From: a virus
Lineage: Duplodnaviria > Caudoviricetes
Strand: one strand, 5' to 3'
Length of the DNA stretch: 64,000 bases
IMG/VR virus record: IMGVR_UViG_3300031853_000015
Span: 19,485-83,484 of that record
Both the position numbers and the translations under genes were made by a program. Shown here one piece after another: positions 61,080-64,000 of the stretch (within the stretch, counting starts at the first letter, position 1; the number at the start of each line of letters is the position of its first letter). The notes under the pieces are model-generated. The model saw only the letters and a list, made by a program, of their open reading frames with translations. It was not told where the DNA came from and searched no databases.

Positions 61080-61397
61080 ATTATCTTTAAAATTAAATAT
61101 AACAATCCCTAAGCCTAGGTTTTCACCTTTGCTCAGACATATATTACTATATGCCATTAACCACTAATACTTCAGATAGGCGGTTAACCCCTAGAGCACT
61201 TTACCCTCAACCTTTTCTCATCTCCTTTGGTGTGCTACTATCTTATTATATTATTTGTGGTCATTTTTGGTCAGGGATTAAACCTCTTCTCTATATGTAC
61301 TATGTACTGAGAATACTACCCCTGTCAACAACTAGGTCTGTATCTTGTTAATATGATTCCTAGTCGGAGATATTCTTTAGGAGATTCAGAATAACGC

Positions 61398-61407
61398 TGC
61401 AAAGATA
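61398..61407 (-). promoter_or_regulatory. Bacteroidota -7 promoter at the head of the late module
   Basis: TATCTTTGCA with a TTTG-like element about 20 nt upstream. Confidence 0.75.
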
Positions 61408-61435
61408 GTAATAAAATTTGATATAACCAAATAAT

Positions 61436-61625
61436 TAATAAAATTTAACTATCAAATAAAGTAAAAAATTAATTTTTGAAATTTTTTTTTAAATTTTTAT
61501 TTTAAATTTTTTTTCTATTTTTTTTTATTTTTTTTTCTAAATCTTTTGTATTTACATGAGCGGGGTATTTTACACTCTTCCCCCCGTATTGAGATAGACA
61601 ATTGGGTACATACCCCCTAGGGTCT
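61436..61625. other. Strand-switch region with poly-T tracts and G/C runs (candidate genome end or origin)
   Basis: About 110 nt of nearly pure T/A tracts, then CGGGG...CCCCCCG and GGGTACATACCCC; gene orientation flips here. Confidence 0.45.
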
Positions 61626-61776
61626 ATCAAGGAGTACTGATTCCAAATACTACTTACAAATGCTACTAGGAACTAGTACTCCCTACTATACCAATGGTAT
61701 AGCAAGTGAGAGACAGAAACTCACTATAATAAAACGGAGGGAAGGAAAACCCTAAAGTAAACCACCTCATTTAAAG

Positions 61777-61849
61777 CTGTCCACTCAATAAGTTTCAAGC
61801 GCAGAGACTGCGTTGGGTGGACAGTAAATAACAATCAGCAGTCTCTGCG
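61777..61849 (+). ncRNA. H-type pseudoknot in the leader of the first early gene
   Basis: S1 61777-61788 with 61813-61824 (12 bp, one G-U); S2 61800-61811 with 61838-61849 (12 bp perfect). Confidence 0.65.
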
Positions 61850-61857
61850 AAGATTCT

Positions 61858-62157
61858 ATGAAGTATCAGCAGACATGGAAAGATTGTTTCATTCATCATC
61901 AGACACAGAAGGACGTTATTCTCCAGAGAATACGTGAAGCCAAACTGAAAGCTGCTAAGTATTCTATGAAGAGATGGAATGAGCTTTACGAGATTAACAA
62001 AAAGCTCTCTGATGAATTCTGGGCATTGTCAGATAAATACCACTCTACAGGGGATTCTGACAAAACATTGGTTTGGAGTATGCGTAGTCTCCATACCAAG
62101 ATGTCTAAGAATAATGAAGAAATGGATCTTATCTGGAAGTTTAACCATAAAAGCTAG
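61858..62157 (+). CDS. Early hypothetical protein, 99 aa, ends at TAG
   Basis: Complete ORF in the standard code; readthrough would add 18 aa up to TAA 62209-62211. Confidence 0.65.
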   Translation: MKYQQTWKDCFIHHQTQKDVILQRIREAKLKAAKYSMKRWNELYEINKKLSDEFWALSDKYHSTGDSDKTLVWSMRSLHTKMSKNNEEMDLIWKFNHKS

Positions 62158-62166
62158 ACTTCCTTA

Positions 62167-62268
62167 ACAGGTCATGGCCCTGTAGAACAGACTTTACATC
62201 TGTTCTACTAAGCCCATTAAGCCATGAGCGTCCCCACACTATGCGCTTGAATAGTGTGGGGGGTTGGG
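62167..62268 (+). ncRNA. Pistol self-cleaving ribozyme
   Basis: P1 ACAGG/CCTGT; pseudoknot TCATGG/CCATGA; P2 CCCA/TGGG; TTAAG; GCGT; 11-bp P3; GGT cleavage junction (predicted 62263/62264). Same element order as env25 pistol. Confidence 0.8.
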
Positions 62269-62340
62269 AATAAAGGGTTAATCCAAAAGCCCATCACATA
62301 AGTGATAAAAAGGATATAACTTTATAAATTCTAAATACAT

Positions 62341-62568
62341 ATGATGTATAAGGAATTTAAAGTAGAAGTCTCAAAGACTCTCGCTGCTAAAGTATGCATA
62401 TCCAAAGAGGATTTGCATGCTCTGGGTGTTAGTACCTCAGAGGTAGCAGAAGAGTTCTTGAAGTCTAACCCTGAATATAAAAGCTGCACTTCTGATGCAG
62501 ACTTTAATAATGGGGTTTGGACTATCTCTTTCTATACTACTTCTGAAGTAGTATTTAAGGAGGTGTAA
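62341..62568 (+). CDS. Early hypothetical protein, 75 aa
   Basis: Complete ORF after an AT-rich leader; TAA stop. Confidence 0.7.
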   Translation: MMYKEFKVEVSKTLAAKVCISKEDLHALGVSTSEVAEEFLKSNPEYKSCTSDADFNNGVWTISFYTTSEVVFKEV

Positions 62569-62621
62569 GACTCTCTGCAAGTTGGGTTTAGGCACACCCA
62601 ATATATAGACAAAAGGCATCT

Positions 62622-62659
62622 TGACTTAATGGGAGATTCAAATAGAAATCTCCCATAGT
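62622..62659 (+). promoter_or_regulatory. Repeated leader hairpin, copy 1 (TGACTTAA-stem-TTCAAATAGAAA-stem-AGT)
   Basis: ATGGGAGA/TCTCCCAT stem; 12-nt loop identical to copy 2. Confidence 0.6.
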
Positions 62660-62683
62660 AATTAACCTTTAAATTCAGATGAT

Positions 62684-62875
62684 ATGAATATATTAGCTGG
62701 ATTCGCACTATGCAGTTTCTTTACTGTGTGTGTAGTGTTCATGCTGGATGCAGCAGTGGATACTACGTACCGCAGTAAATATGCGAAGATTGCTATGTAT
62801 ACTTATGTAAGCATAGCAACTCTTCTTGTAGGAGCTGCATGGTTGTTACTTATATACTCAGCTGTATGTAAGTAA
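62684..62875 (+). CDS. Early two-TM membrane protein, 63 aa
   Basis: Two hydrophobic helices; TAA stop. Confidence 0.7.
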   Translation: MNILAGFALCSFFTVCVVFMLDAAVDTTYRSKYAKIAMYTYVSIATLLVGAAWLLLIYSAVCK

Positions 62876-62929
62876 TAACAATTGGTTGCCAATGGGCATT
62901 AAATGACAGGTAGGGCTGTCAGCCAAACT

Positions 62930-62982
62930 TTCCTCCATTACAATGGGTATTAAGGAGGGTTCAAATCCCTCTGGAGGAACTA
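62930..62982 (+). ncRNA. Minimal tRNA-like element (acceptor + T arm), copy 1
   Basis: TTCCTCCA/TGGAGGAA stem; GAGGG-TTCAAAT-CCCTC T arm; 17-nt linker. Confidence 0.55.
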
Positions 62983-63111
62983 TGTCATGTAGGCTGTCAT
63001 TAGTATGCCTAAGAGTATTGCAGGCTCTGCTTGGCAACTGTTAAAGTACCAAGTTAATAAGACTAATGTGACGAGGGAAAGACCTAATTGCCACTTTAAT
63101 AATCCAAGGGC

Positions 63112-63402
63112 ATGGAAAGTAATATGAATACCTTCTTTAATAATCTTGTTGCTGCTGGTGCTAAGTATCACAACTGTGCCAATGGCGTAGCTGTAGAATT
63201 ATGTGGGCACTTCTGGGTGTTCACTGACACCAAAGAGCCAATCTCCTTGTGGGGAGATGGTAATGGTAGTTATGTCTCTGTACCTCTCAGTACAAAGAGA
63301 CCAGTTGTTTTGGTCGAGAGAGAAAGTATAGCCTGGGGAAAATACTGGGAATTAAGATATAGTATTCCCTTGGATGGAAGTAAATATAGGGTATTTTGTT
63401 AA
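63112..63402 (+). CDS. Early hypothetical protein, about 93-96 aa
   Basis: Complete ORF with TAA stop; start may be ATG 63112 or 63124. Confidence 0.7.
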   Translation: MESNMNTFFNNLVAAGAKYHNCANGVAVELCGHFWVFTDTKEPISLWGDGNGSYVSVPLSTKRPVVLVERESIAWGKYWELRYSIPLDGSKYRVFC

Positions 63403-63434
63403 TATTACAGTCCTACCAAATGACTATAAAATGG

Positions 63435-63470
63435 TGACTTAAAGAAGGTTCAAATAGAAACCTTCAAAGT
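63435..63470 (+). promoter_or_regulatory. Repeated leader hairpin, copy 2
   Basis: TGACTTAA-A-GAAGG-TTCAAATAGAAA-CCTTC-AAAGT. Confidence 0.6.
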
Positions 63471-63491
63471 ATAATAAATATAATATATGAT

Positions 63492-63818
63492 ATGAGAAAT
63501 CAATATTGTATTTATTGTGACTCTATCCATGATGAGAAATCTGAGATGCTCACAAATGGCATTTACAGATGTATTCATCTGGATACCTTCCTTAGAGATT
63601 ATAAGGAAGAGTTTGACATTAATAATGATCTTATCATTATTAATGATCCTGACTCTGCTATTAAAATGGCAGATTCTGCTAAGATTCTTCCTTTCTACCT
63701 TAAAGAAGCAATTCTTCATACTTTGGAAGTTGCTTCTAGGTATGCTCTCAGGAAGGACTGGCCAGATGCGTGGTTAAGGGCTGAAGAAGCAAAGCTCTTA
63801 ATCTACAATAGTCTGTAG
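63492..63818 (+). CDS. Early hypothetical protein, 108 aa, ends at TAG
   Basis: N-terminal YCIYCDSIHD (CxxC); TAG stop; readthrough would add 6 aa up to TGA. Confidence 0.7.
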   Translation: MRNQYCIYCDSIHDEKSEMLTNGIYRCIHLDTFLRDYKEEFDINNDLIIINDPDSAIKMADSAKILPFYLKEAILHTLEVASRYALRKDWPDAWLRAEEAKLLIYNSL

Positions 63819-63868
63819 TCTGTAGAGTCACATTGAGTTTCAAATCTCAATATAGACAAAATTGGGCA

Positions 63869-63956
63869 TCCTCCAACTACACAATAAAAGTGTAGGAAAT
63901 GGCTATACTCTCATACTACTGAGAGTTAGGTAGTTCAATTCTATCTGGAGGAACTA
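63869..63956 (+). ncRNA. tRNA-like element, copy 2
   Basis: TCCTCCA/TGGAGGA acceptor; GGTAG-TTCAATT-CTATC T arm; two internal hairpins; same 3' TGGAGGAACTA as copy 1. Confidence 0.55.
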
Positions 63957-64000
63957 AGCAGATGCCTAACTGCTATAACAAAATAGGAAGGGTAAAACCT

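Noticed and set aside
61777-61856. Twister, hammerhead or HDV-like identity for the pseudoknot
   Set aside because: GTTTCAAGC resembles a twister L4, but I could not build the T1/P1 pairings; no CTGANGA/GAAA core.
62980-63171. Minus-strand hydrophobic ORF
   Set aside because: Overlaps a plus-strand gene and the tRNA-like element, against the local gene direction, with no promoter.
63905-63928. Second amber suppressor (CTA within loop TACTAC)
   Set aside because: The loop is 6 or 8 nt, there is no U33 before CTA and no proper D arm; kept only as a tRNA mimic.
1-64000. CRISPR array, transposase, integrase or DGR
   Set aside because: No regularly spaced repeats, reverse transcriptase or recombinase motifs seen; the only tandem repeats are coding low-complexity tracts.

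Overview
This window is about 64 kb of a crAss-like phage genome (Crassvirales). The structural proteins closely resemble those of Bacteroides phage crAss001 (Steigviridae/beta group), and TAnnTTTG promoters point to a Bacteroidota host. The late module uses an alternative code in which TAG = Gln. The broken ORFs in the supplied track join into single in-frame genes: portal, TerL, MCP, ring/hub/muzzle proteins, cargo proteins and two giant virion proteins. A Gln-type amber-suppressor tRNA (anticodon CTA) lies at 54411-54482. TAG use is very uneven: none in the ~3000-codon virion RNA polymerase, one in the major capsid gene, many in cargo and tail genes, and apparent true stops in two early genes. 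After a strand switch at about 61.45 kb, the early region is dense with structured RNA: a pistol-ribozyme match at 62167-62268, a 12+12 bp H-type pseudoknot, two tRNA-like elements and a repeated T-loop hairpin. The gene directly upstream of the ribozyme ends in TAG, and amber readthrough would carry ribosomes across the ribozyme's P1, suggesting a ribozyme gated by the code switch (hypothesis). All coordinates and translations were done by hand. Family assignments rest on recalled motifs, not database searches.
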